Positions 12,643 to 24,792 of a stretch of 64,000 nucleotides of DNA are shown in pieces. Each line of letters begins with the position of its first letter. The first letter of the stretch is position 1. The DNA is from Vicugna vicugna. Its lineage: Eukaryota. A program made the position numbers and the translations under genes. The DNA lies in assembly GCA_013265495.1 (NCBI GenBank), contig MU058748.1, forward strand, positions 248,001-312,000, given 5' to 3'. The notes beneath the pieces are model-generated. The model saw nothing but the letters and a program-made list of their open reading frames with translations, had not been told where the DNA came from and did no database searches.

Positions 12643-13417
12643 CCATAATTTTTGTATTTTTAGTCATGACCTTGTGTTTCCAGTGTGAAAAACCACTCTT
12701 TAACATATCTGCAAGCACCTTAATGGCTGTGATATCCCTCCCCACCTGTAGGTCACTGTTTGGGGATGTAATTCCTAGTCATACCATGACTCTGCACTTC
12801 CTATGCATCTCAGTGTAGCTTTTTTCTTTATATCCTTAGTTGTAGAAAATCTTTCCTGCTAGTCTTCAGATTGTTCCTAGAGACAGTTGCTCTATTGATG
12901 TGTATTCCTATAAAGCAGTATTTTAGGTGTGTACTTGGAAGCAGTAATGTAGCAACATAAAAAAAATTCCATGATTTCACTTGGAAAAGGGTATACCCAC
13001 ATTGATTAATGTTAATGAACATTTCTTTAAAACCCATTTTCTGTATAGTACACATATATTTTTTGAAGACTATGTGCTACTGGGATGATGTTTCAGGTGG
13101 GGCATCTTTTTAAGAGGCCTTGCTGTAAAATGGGAGAGGATATTGGAAGGAGAGCTGAATGAGCACAAGTCATCATTTTGGCTTAAGTTTCACTTTGCCC
13201 CACTGTGAGGAATTTGGAATTTGAAAGAAACATGTGAATGCCCTCTCCTTGCTCTGAAATCACATAGCATTTATTCTGTTTAGTACAGACGGTTTTAATT
13301 ATTATCCCTCTCACTGCACATACATGAGAATGTGTCTGAGTATTGCTTACCTAACTGAATTTTAATTATCCTGAGGATATCCACTAGTTGGTTGATTCCT
13401 AAGTGTTCATAAAGCAG

Positions 13418-13625
13418 TTTTTTAAAACACTTTATTGATATGTAATTGATATACAAAAAATTACACATACTTAGTGTATACAATTTGAGTTCAAAATTAT
13501 GTATACACCTGTGAAACCATCACCACAATCAGGGTGACAGACACACATTCACCACCTCCAAATGATTCTTTGTGCCTCTCTGATTTTTTGTTCTTTTGTT
13601 GTAAGAACACTTTCATTTAACACTT
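13418..13625 (-). mobile_element. L1 3' end fragment (L1MA10/L1MB-like)
   Basis: CTTTATTGATATGTAATTGATATACAAAAAATTACACAT...CACCTGTGAAACCATCACCACAATCA...GTAAGAACACTT. Confidence 0.8.
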
Positions 13626-13774
13626 TTTTTTAAAATTTAATACTTTCTACAAAATGGTGGAAGACATCATTCCCCCCATTTTGCACATCCAGAAGCTAAA
13701 ATTATAGGTTGCTGCCTGCCATGAGGGGTGGAGTCTAGGAGTGGGAGGCAGGTAGGACACTTGAATTTAAATGA

Positions 13775-13945
13775 GAAATGTCTGGTTTGAGAGCTCTGTC
13801 ATTTAAGAGTTGGGTAATCTGGAATAAGTCCATGCATTTCTCTATAAATATAAAAAAAATTAGGGGCTATGTATGTTCCTCAAGTTTATTGTAAGGATCA
13901 AATGGGAGCATGGACGGGATGATTATATGAAGCACTCAATTATTA
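13775..13945 (+). mobile_element. MIR SINE fragment
   Basis: CTCTGTCATTTAAGAGTTGGGTAATCTGGAATAAGTC...TTATTGTAAGGATCAAATG. Confidence 0.55.
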
Positions 13946-14215
13946 GGAGTTTATTTAATTTCAATAATTTTCAAGAATTGTTTTAATTATCTTTTCCCTG
14001 AAGGACTAAATTTCTATTGCTTCTACAAGCTTGCCTGAATGTCTCTGAAGATAAATGATACAACTTTCTATTGAGGGATGTTACTTTAGACTCTTGAATT
14101 TTGATGCAACTATAAATTTATTTGTTTTCCTTTTTGCCACCTGTACCTACATACCCCCTTAAGAAAATATTTTTAAAAGTCAGGTAGTTGAAATTACCTT
14201 TAAAAATTCTTAAAA

Positions 14216-14522
14216 TTTATTTTTATTGAAGTAACACTGGCTTTTAACATTATGTAAATTTCATTTGTGTGTACAACATTATATTTCTACTTCTGCGTAC
14301 ACTACAGTGAGCTCACCACCAAAAACTTAGTGTCCATCTGTCATCATACAATTGATCCCCTTCACTCATTTTGCCTTCCCCCTGCCCTTTCCCCTCTAGG
14401 AATCACTACTATGTTCTGTGTCTATATGTTTGTTTATATTTGTTTTGGTTTGTTAGTTTATTAAGTTTTCTGTATTTCACCTATAAGTAAAATTATATGG
14501 TATTTGTCTTTCTCTATCTGCT
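14216..14522 (-). mobile_element. L1 3'UTR fragment (laurasiatherian)
   Basis: TTTTATTGAAGTAACACTGG...CTCACCACCAAAAACTTAGTGTCCATCTGTCATCATACA...ATATGGTATTTGTCTTTCTCT. Confidence 0.8.
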
Positions 14523-14570
14523 TAAGAAAACTTTCTCCATGTTTTTGGATTGGAAACTACATATCTGTAA

Positions 14571-14744
14571 CAGGGGTTCTTATACATTTTAGCATGCATC
14601 AAGATCACCTGGTGGACTTTTAGAAGTGATTCCAGTGTCCTTCTGCCAGAGTGTCTGTGATTCAGTAGGTCTGGGGTGAGGCCCCAGGAATTTGAAATTC
14701 TAACACATTTGTGAGAGATCTTGGAACCACATTTTGAAACCATT
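14571..14744 (+). mobile_element. MER5A (hAT-Charlie MITE)
   Basis: Terminal inverted repeats CAGGGGTTCT...GAAACCATTG; internal GCATGCATCAAGATCACCTGG and GATTCAGTAGGTCTGGGGTGAGGCCCCAGGAATTTG. Confidence 0.85.
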
Positions 14745-17700
14745 GATCTATAGGTTTCTCTTTGAGTCGTCTTATTTATAATTTAACTTAGGTTGAGTTT
14801 AACTTGCCATCCTTTCAATCCATGCCCTACCTATTGCTACCTTATCTTTAAAAACTATTCTTCCCCCGAATTATTTTCGGTTATGTTTTGCCCTGTTATG
14901 ATGTGAAGTTTAGAGCACTGTTAAAACCATGATGCAATAAAATGTAGACAGTCATGAAGGATCACTGTCTCCTCACTCCTGCCTTCCCCCATCAGCCAAA
15001 TAATTGAACCACTAGCGTCTCTCTTTAGCACAAACCCAAATATAGATGCGCCCTCAAATTTTAGCTGCATGCCATTTGTCAGTACCTGTTTTTACTTTCA
15101 AGAAGTGATAAATATAATTGGAGTTCAAGCCACATTTTTTTGTATTTGGCATGGTGGGAAGAAATAGGTAGGTTGCTTCAGAATAAGGTTAGTTGGATGG
15201 CTTGTGTGTTAGGGATAGTGTCAACTGGAGTGGGAGTGAATATGGAAGATACTAAGGGAAAACAGAGTTGACATGGTCAGCAACTCTTGCTTAAATTGTA
15301 CTTCTGACATACTTTAAAAGAAAGATCCTTGCTTTATTTCAAAATATAGAATGGGTTGTAACATAAGAGACTTGTAAAAATCACTAAGTACAACACTACT
15401 TATGAATCTGAACTTCAGAAGTGATTCTGAATAGAAATTTTATAATTTAAGAACAAATACAATTATCCAGAGGCACAGTAAGTCATAAAACCAATAATGA
15501 CCTAACCCAAACAAATCAGTAGTTGTTTCTGTTCTTATAAATTCAGAAAAGGCTCATTATAATTGACTGTCAAAAAGGAATCTATTGCACAAGAAAATGG
15601 CATAATTAGCAGTTAATTTAAAGTAACTAAAGTGCATTAGCCCTAGTCAAGTGAATGGTTTTATTTTTGTTGCTGTCTTTAGTAATCACACACGTATGAG
15701 TCATTAAAAAGCCAATCTGGTTGGTTCAGCACATGCTGTTTTATCGTATTTTCTCTGTGCCACCATGCACATTTACCCGAAAATGGTTCACATCTGTTCT
15801 TTCTAATTTAGTGATTATGTGAAGGCCTCTGCATCCTCCTTGTTTATTTTAAAAGGACAATGGGAAGCTTCATTTACATGAGATTTAAGGAAAAGTCTTG
15901 ATTTCTGAGATTCTTTGGTTATTTGCAGACTTTCCTTACAACTGGGTATCAAATCTTTACAAAATGTTAAACATGTAGAATCTGGTGATATTATTTTCTG
16001 TTGTCATACTAATTTAGCTCATACGCTTTGATGGATGGCCCCTGATATTTTTCAAGCTGTTGCCAGAACTTGACCATTTTGCTTGTTATCCAAAGGTCAG
16101 CTTGGTTCATTGGGATAATCACATGTCCCAGTCCAAGGACAGTCTCTGTTTATGCCTCTTGTCCTTATGTAATTATTGATATTCCTTCTCTCAAAATTGT
16201 GCACAATTGGATGATCAATTACCTGGTTGCCCTAGATAGGAGGTGTAACTGTTGAATCAGTAAAGTGAGAGATTAGATAACGCGATTTCTCACTGCTGTG
16301 GAAGGAGTCTCAGTACAGTGCCTACTCACTTTTAAAATAGTGGGAATCAAAACTGAAAGTTTGGGAATTAATTTCCTCTTTGAAATGCTATAAATTACAG
16401 CATATTCTGGTACATTTTATATTTTTAGTTTATGGATCGTCTGGTCCCTTTTTGGTTATTTGGTATAGTGGGTAGTGGGACACTATTTCATCTGTTCCAT
16501 TGCTTAGAGAAACCCTCGTTTCACCAGAATCATTAAGTGTACCTTAATTCCCATTGCACTTATTAATACCATCTAGTCTTGCCTACTGTAGGTATTCAAT
16601 ATATACTTCTTTGAGTTTCATTTGTTACTTGGATTCTACATACAGAGACTTAGGACATCTGCTAGTTTTATTTGAATCACTTAGGATAGGAGGTCAGGTG
16701 CTTGATAAAGGTGAAATTTTTACCCTTACAAATAAGTAGATAACTATTTACCTAGAATAATGAGCAAGTCTGTGTGTCGGTCGAAATGCTGGATTTCCTA
16801 CTGGGGGGTATTCCAAGCAGTGAGTGGTCTCTGTCAATATCCTATACTGGTTTTAGTTGACAAGAATTACCGATGTAACCTTATCTATCAATCCTGTGGA
16901 TACAAGAAGATCTCGTGTTATGAGATACATGAATAGAAAATGACACTGGGGATATGAAAAGGAATTGACCTTCTGACCACAGGCGTGTTTCTAATGTTCC
17001 TGCAGAGTTTCCCTCTAAAAAATGAGATTTGGAGCTACCCAAGCTGCATCATAAGTAATGAACAGTAGTTTTATAAATTACCAAGGATAAAAACATCTGT
17101 CTGCTTTCTCAATTAATGATCTCAACACATATGCTTCTTAAGAAACCTGTAGTTGACTCTATAAATAACACACTGATCTGGTTTCAGTAAAGCATTCAGT
17201 GAGAACTAGCTGATTCATATGCGAAATTGTGACATTTTCTTGGGAGTTATTCATAGCAATGGAAAGGGCACATTATACTTACAAGGCTTTCAGCCAATAC
17301 TCATTAAGTCATAATGTGTAGACTGTAGTATTATTCTTAGAACTACCAAGATTATAGATATTATTAGCTATCTATTCCACAAATTGTAAATAATGACAAA
17401 TACCTTTTAGAATTCAGGCTGTATGCTGTATCAGACAGACATTCCTGAGTGATTCTAAGAGATTTCTGTTCTGCAGATACAGCAATCAATACTAAATGCA
17501 AACATATTTTATGATCATCCAGAGTTTCAGAGATTCTTTGGCTTCCCGAGTCGCTAAAAGTGGCTTCTAAGGAAATTCAGAACAGAGCTTTTTAAATGTG
17601 GTCACTTTTAATTTGCCAATATACCTAATTGAGGGGCTGTGTGTTTTGTGGCCTATGTGGTTGCACATACACACATATGTTAGGATAATGCTATGGAGAT

Positions 17701-17967
17701 CAATTTTTTAAAAACTTAAAATGATGTTGATTGTGTTGAATTATTACAAAAATTCTGCATATTCAGCAAATGAGAGTACAGGAATATTTTATTTTCTCTT
17801 ATTTATTGCCTTATGATGTGATTTCTAAGATATTTTGCACATATTGAATAACCATTATCTAGAATATCCAATTATAAGTCATAACCACCATACACAATCA
17901 AAGTTTTTAAGTATATTTAATCTTTATCTGTTAAGAGAAAAATGTACGTATAACAGGATGGCAAAGA

Positions 17968-18978
17968 TTTGAGTTATAGTTGATTTATAATATATTTGTT
18001 TCAAGTGTACAACATAGTAATTCAAAATTTTTAGATTATAAACCATTTAAAGTTATTATAAAATGTTTGCTATATTCTCTGTAATGTACAATATGTCCTT
18101 GTAGCTTATTCATTTTACATACACTAGTTTGTACCTCTTAAACTCCCCCCTTCCCCTTCCCACTGGTAACTGTCAGTTTGTTCTCTGTATTTGTGTGTCT
18201 GTCTCTATTTTGTAATAGACATTTGTTTGTTTTATTTTTTTAGATTCCACATATAAGTAATAACATACAGTATTTATCTGTCTCTCTGCGACTTATTTTA
18301 GTAAGCATGATAACCTCCAGGTCCATCCATGTTTTCGCAAATGGCAAAATTTCATGCATTTTTTATGGCTGAGTAGTAGTCCATTTTGTGTGTGTGTGTG
18401 TGTATCATCTCTTTGTCCATTCGTCTGTTGAAGGACAGTTAAGTTGCTTCCATGTCTTGACAATTGTAAATAATACCACTATGGACATTGAGATACATGC
18501 ATTTTTTTAAATTAGTGCTTTTGCTTTCTTTCCATATATGCCCAAGTGTGGAATTTCTGGACATATGGTATTTCTATTTTTAGTTTATTGAGAAACTTCT
18601 ATACTGTTTTCCATAGTGGCTTCACTAATTTATATTCCCACCAACAGTGTATAAGAGTTCTCTTTTTTCGACATCCATGCCAACATTTGTTATCTCTTCT
18701 TTTTAATATTAGCCGTTCTTACAGATGTGAACTGATATCTCTGTGGTTTTAAATTGCATTTCTCTGGTTAATTAAGTAGAGCATCTTTTCATGTGCTTTC
18801 TGGCCATCTGTATATCTTCTTTGGAAAAATGTATATTCAGGTCTTCTGCTAATTTTTTAATCAGGTTTTTTTTTTTGATATTGAATTGTATGAGCTGTTT
18901 ACATGTTTTAATATTAACCCTTTACTAGTCATATCATTTGCAGATAGTATCTCTTATTCAATAAGTTGTCTTTTGGGG
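17968..18978 (-). mobile_element. 5'-truncated L1 (3'UTR plus ORF2 C-terminus)
   Basis: TTTGAGTTATAGTTGATTTATAATAT 3' end; CCATCCATGTTTTCGCAAATGGC; TTCCCACCAACAGTGTA. Confidence 0.9.
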
Positions 18979-20311
18979 TTGTTTTTTTTTTTTTGAATGC
19001 ATTACTTTAAAAAATATTGCTAAATACTTGGCTTTATTTTTACATTTCCTAGATAAAATTAAGAAAACAAGTTTGTTGATAATATTTTGAACTCTTCCAA
19101 AATAGTTTAGTTTTTCAAAGTATTGTACTTTTGATTTGTTTACACCCCTTTGTGGTTATATTTTCTAGGCACTTTTTTGTTCTTACACTTTTGTGCACCT
19201 ACTTATACTGCTCTTTTTTAGATCAAAGGTTCATGAGTCAGTATCATTATTAATTCATGCTTTTACTCTATGACACATAGAAAATTAACTTTATGCCTCA
19301 TTCTTGCCTTCTTTCCTTGTCAATACATACATAGATTAATCCTTCATTACTTCATTATCTGGACATACTATCTTTCTAAAACAAGAGACTTAAGTAGATA
19401 CTTCGGATAAATTATTGATTTAATGATCTACATTTTAATAGACAAGTTTATCCAATATAGTTATTCCATTTGTTGATTCTACTGCCTTCTTAAAAATTTC
19501 AGCCCATCTCCCCCTCCCCAAAATAAACATGAAAGCTGATACATTTCTTATTTCCTCTTCATCTGTTGAATAAATTCTGTTTGACTCAGTAATGGAGAAA
19601 TTCAAAGAATTTTGAAATACAACACATTTTTGTCTAAATTGTCAACAAAGTTTTTTGCATGTGAAAATTCACATTTTACATCTTTCAAGGTGTTTAGGTG
19701 CCTTTTTTAGAAATATTAGGAAGTGCTCATATAAATTAGGAATAGTTCCATTTGATACCATTATATAGTGATAATGTAGGCATTTAGCCAGATTATCAGG
19801 CACAGTGCCAAACATAGCAATGTTTTTTTTTCACTCACTGTGTTAAACTAAGTAAACTTGCAAACAAAATAACTTTCTTCAGAATTAAGACATATATTCT
19901 GAAAATAGTCATATATATGTATTCTTTAGTTGATAATTAAGGACATTTTCCCTTTAATTTTTCATGTTGTTTAGTTAGTGTTTATTAGCCATACCATGAA
20001 ATGACAGGAGAATTGACTATGAAAGATGGTCATTTTTTTCTATTGTTCCATGATTGTCCAGTTACATTTCTGATCAACATAATTTTAAATTTACATGTGT
20101 CCCTGAGTATTCAGTCTAGTTACTGTCCATTCCTGTTGAAATGTAAAGTGTTTTTTTTCATAATTTTTTCCCTCTGCATATTGTTATTATAGCACACTCT
20201 GTTTCCTTATTTTCATATTAACTGTTAAGGCCTCTTTAAAGTTGAAAGTTAAAAACAGAGGTAAATGTTTACCCTAGATGCAAAGCAAATACATAATAGA
20301 AGCAAAAAACT

Positions 20312-20545
20312 CTATGGTTAAATATACTGCCTTGGAAGTCAAGAGAACACTGCTTTAATTCTAAGTGTTCTAGGACTAATGATGTGATTTTGGGAAATTA
20401 CTTGTTTGTATCTTAGTTTACCCACTTGAAACTGAATATAGTAACACTGACAAGGTTACAGGGTAATTGTAAAAGCTAAATTGAATAATATATGGAAAGT
20501 ATTTAGGACGGTGCCAGATAAACAGTAAGCAGCATTAGCTATTTT
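20312..20545 (+). mobile_element. MIR SINE
   Basis: TGGTTAA...GGAAGTCAAGAG...TGTGATTTTGGGAAATTACTT...AAAGTATTTAGGACGGTGCCAGATAAACAGTAAGCA. Confidence 0.7.
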
Positions 20546-21374
20546 TATAAAATGGAATTTCATGGAACTAAAATTTTTTGAATGAAGAGATACATGAATA
20601 AATGAAATGTATGTTCCCTTTGCTCAGTTTATCCTTTTATTATAAATGCAATACTCAGTTCTTTATTGCCCTTCTAATTCAGACTGGTTAAATCAGCAAA
20701 AAGCACACAGTCGTGTTTTTCATGTTTATCCCATTCCAGATTTTAGCCTCTCGGGACCATGATGTAATGACTATATGAAGTATAAATATAGGGAAGGATC
20801 AGAGAGAACCTTCAACTACATTTTCATTTTCTGTTCCTCCTTTCCCATTTTTTCCCCTTTTTTTCCCTTCCCTCTCTCAATCCTCTTTCTCTCTCTCTCT
20901 CCACACTCCAACTGTCTTTTTTTTTTCCTCCCTCTTAATATGAATTGTGAGAAGTTAACAAAAATAAGGGATGTATAAGGACCACTGGTTTAAAGGTGAT
21001 AATGAATTCAGATTGTTGAACACTGAATTTGCTGTGTCAGTATTAAGTGTGTAGTTGAAACAATGTATCTAATATGTAACTGATTTAAGAGAGATAAAGA
21101 GTGATGATAAATACTTCAGTTATCAGCAGAGAGTTTATTGTTCCATCCATTATGTTGATTAGATAGCCAAGGGTCTATTAAAAAAAAAAAATCCCTGGGC
21201 TCACCGTTTGCTGATCTTACTCTAGAACAGAGAATGTTCAACCAGGTTGAGAAGAGTTTTGTTTGTTTTAATAAAGATACTTGAGTGTCACATCTAGGAA
21301 TTGTGTTTTAGTAAGTCAAAGTGGGAAATGAAAATGGGGATGTTAGAATCTGAATAATTTAAATGCTCTCTGAT

Positions 21375-22378
21375 CATCAAAATTAAAAAATCAAAAAGAT
21401 TGCTGTCAATGACACTGTTAAGAGAAATGGAAAAAGTACAAGCTTGGGGGAAATATTTACAAATCACATTAACAGAGGACTTGGACGCAAAGTATATAAA
21501 AGAACTCCCAGCATTCAACAGCTGGAAACAAACTATAATAAAATAAAAATTTAACTTTTAAGAAATAGGCAAAAAGCTTCAACCTGTGGACCCAAGAGGA
21601 TATAAGCATGGTGAACAAGCCCATGAAAAGACATTCAGCATCATTAGCCATTAGGGAAATTCATTAAGACCATGTTGTGATACCACCACATACTTACCTG
21701 AATACCTTAAAAAAAAAAAAACTAACAAGACCAAATGCTGGTGAGGTTGTGTAGCAACAAGAGCACTGTATATTGCTGTTGGGACTCTGGAAAACATGGT
21801 CACTTTCTTATAAAATTAAACACACCCTTTCCATGTGCGCCAGTAAGCCAATCCCAAATATTTACCTACCTAGAGTAATGAGCACTTAAGTTCACACAAA
21901 AACCTATATGCAAATGTTTCTAGCAGCTCTAGTCAGTCACCAAAAACTGAAAGCAACCCAAATACCCTGCAGCAGTTGAATGAGACACTACTCAAAAGTG
22001 AAAATGGACTGTTGATAGACACAACATCTTGGATGAATCTCAAAAGCATTAATTATGCAAAGTGAAATAAGGCAGCCTCAAAAAAGTTAACTACTATGTG
22101 ATTTCATTTATGTGACATGATCAAAATGCTAAGTCTATTGTGAGAGAGAAGAGACTAGTGAGGGCCAGAGTTTAAGGGTAGGAGGAAGTTGTGATGACAA
22201 GGGGTTAGCATGAAAGATTTTTTTGACATGACGGAATTGTTCTGTATTTCAATTTTGGTGTCGGATTCACAAATCTATGCATGTGTTAAAGTTTACAGAA
22301 TGGTGCATCTCACAAAAAATCAGTCTTATTTCATTTTAATTAAAATACTAAAATTATATAACATCAATAACAAAAAAG
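21375..22378 (+). mobile_element. Old L1 3' region (L1MC/MD-like)
   Basis: GAAATATTTACAAATCACAT...CATGAAAAGACATTCAGCATCATTAGCCATTAGGGAAAT...GGATGAATCTCAAAAGCATT...A-rich tail. Confidence 0.85.
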
Positions 22379-22427
22379 AAAGTTCCCTAGGTGGTTCTGA
22401 AGCACAGCAAGAATTTGGAACCAGCAC
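22379..22427 (+). mobile_element. MER5-family right end
   Basis: AAGTTCCCTAGGTGGTTCTGAAGCACAGCAAGAATTTGGAACCAGC. Confidence 0.5.
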
Positions 22428-23016
22428 ATGGAATTGTCACAGTTCCCTTGACAGATGTAGGTCAGTGAGTCGGGGATATAGCCCAGATATTTATATCATT
22501 AATACATATTTCCCGGAATTGCTCTAGTGTTTATATAAACAAAAGAATTATCCCATTGAAATCCAACTGGTAGAACTGTAGAAGATGCATATAGGGAAAA
22601 TAATGATTTGAGAAATGATGAGGTCGTCCGTGACCACTACATTTACATGTATCATGTGGCAGTGTTGCTTGTTCAGATACCTCCGTTTCTCTATCACACT
22701 CTGAACTGCCTTGATTCAGAGACTGACTTTTTCTACTCTGAATCCCTTATCATTAAGATCGGTGTACGATGCAGACTAGACACTTTACACTTGGCCCTTA
22801 GTCAGTGTTTATGAAACTGTTGCTTTTAGGAATCAGAGGTAGAAGCTTGGTCACAATTATCCAAGCTTACTGGAAAACGATCACTATGTAAATGAAAATA
22901 GTGAAGTCAAGCCCTGCATGTAGCCTCTGGCTTACTGTGAGATACAACTACCATTGTATTCCCCATTGTTTTATTCTGTGATACTCTGTAATAAACCATC
23001 ATTCTGTGGCCCCAAC

Positions 23017-23540
23017 TGTATCCTTGATTGCCTCAGAGAGCAGAGTCTAGGATAAAAGTAGTATTAGGAAGTGTGTCCTCAGGCAGCAGGAGTGAGGGAG
23101 AAAGGGGTGCTGGACAGGGAAATAGATCAAATGAAAGGAGTGATTACTGAGCTGGCAGCTGTTGAATATGAGCAGTACCTCAGTTTTTCAGGATAATCCC
23201 AAAGGAAGGCAAGTCAAATAGCTGTCTTAGAACATTCTTCTTAGAAGAAGAAAGGGGGAAATTTTAACCACTGATTCCATATCCCATTAGACAAATATTC
23301 AACCCCCAGGGTGGTAACTTCTGTTTCTACATACTTGGGCACCAGGGAGGGCTTTGTAGTGTTGTGTGATGGACAGAGAAGGCCGTGCTGCAGGAAGTGC
23401 CGTGTATGTGATGAGTGACAAGGTTATGAAGCAAAACTCATTGGGCTGCACCTGAACTTGATTACTGCCCCAGGAGGACCGGGTGTCCTAACAGCTGGAA
23501 CAACAGACAGGCGAGTCCCAGAAGACCTAAAGTTGCCGAA
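23017..23540 (-). mobile_element. ERVL solo LTR (LTR16-like)
   Basis: CAGAGAGCAGAGTCTAGGATAAAAG...AGGAAGTGTGTCCTCAGGCAGCAGGAGTGAGGGAG...ACAGGGAA resembles reverse LTR16. Confidence 0.6.
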
Positions 23541-23699
23541 GAGATAGATACCTGATATACTGGCCTGCTCTTTCACACTCTGCCTGTAATGTACGAATAT
23601 CAGTTTTGGCTTTCTTATTCTGTAGGCTCAAAAGTCTGGTTTGGAATCAGGATCTTGATTATTGAATAACACACACCTGCTCTTTCTAGTAACATTCAC

Positions 23700-23895
23700 T
23701 AGTTAGGTTCAAATCCTAGCTCTGTTACTTTGTAAGTCTATAAACTTGAGCAATTGAATTATTCAGGTTCACTTTCCTCCTGATGAGAAGAGGAGGAATC
23801 AAATATCTGAGGGGGGGTAAAGGAGCGAAATTAATAAATCTAAAATACTTCTTAGCACCATGCCTTGCATATGGGGCCTCTTCAAAATTTATAAC
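23700..23895 (+). mobile_element. MIR SINE
   Basis: GGTTCAAATCCTAGCTCTGTTACTT...AAAATACTTCTTAGCACCATGCCTTGCATATGG. Confidence 0.75.
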
Positions 23896-24792
23896 TATCT
23901 TACTTAAAATTAGGACAATATTTATAAAACAATAAACATTTTGAAGGGAGAACAATGAAATACAGCATTCAGGAACATGTAAAGGTATTTGAATGGTGGA
24001 GACTTTACAGGGGAAGATTAAATTATGCGAGATAGTGACTTAAATGTTGCTTGAAAGTGAGAATGTTTATTCCTTGAAAGACAAACTTAAGTATCACAGA
24101 CTTGGGAGCAGTTTGTGACAGACAGGATAGTCAGTGTGAAAAGAACTGACAGGAAGCAAGAGGATATAAAAGTTTCTCAGACAAAGAGATGAACAGTTGG
24201 TGTCCCATGGAGAAAATAAGTGGTGCTTGAAATGGCTGGGTTTGAATTAGAGACAAAAGGGGGATTTTAGAGACACAATTTTAACAGAATGCAGAAAGAG
24301 GATTAATGTCTAGGATTCTCCCTAGAGAAGGCTTATTTATTGTTGTCTTATGTTCTGGATTACTTAAGCAACAACAATATAATAGGCATTGTATAAAACA
24401 GAGTTGATGTCCTGCTTACAAGATTAGTAGGACGAGAATCTATGGATGAAAGGCAACAGTTTAGTACTGAATACCGCTGGGGGGAGTGCGAGGCAGTAGG
24501 CGACTTGTTTTTTTCTCCTTCCTCTGAAGCCAATCTCAAAATATTGTCATTGAAAGGGATGCATACAAGAGTTACACATAAAGGGAAGGGGGATATAAAT
24601 GAAAAATAGGAGCTATTTCAAACGAAGGAACAGTTTGGAAAAGTACAGAAAGACCCTTCGGAGGCAACTCAGGAAGAAAAGCCACTGCCTAGGTAGACTT
24701 AAATTTGTCTGAGACATGAAGGAAAAATAGTAAATAATAAACACCATAGAGCGCACACAACTTAATAGATTAAATCAGATATGTTAGAATTT

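Larger units (their letters stand above)
9612..12908 (-). mobile_element. Diverged LINE-1 (laurasiatherian L1MA9/L1_Art-like) retaining 3'UTR, ORF2 C-terminus, ORF2 N-terminal/endonuclease part and a 5'UTR piece; two internal deletions
   Basis: Poly-T then TTATTGAAGTATAGTTGATGTACAATA 3' end; ORF 11192-11401 (EEIKNYLEKNEK...QSLW...KAVLRGK) is ORF2-like; colinear with the younger L1 at 24.8-28.4 kb apart from a ~1.5 kb gap. Confidence 0.9.
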
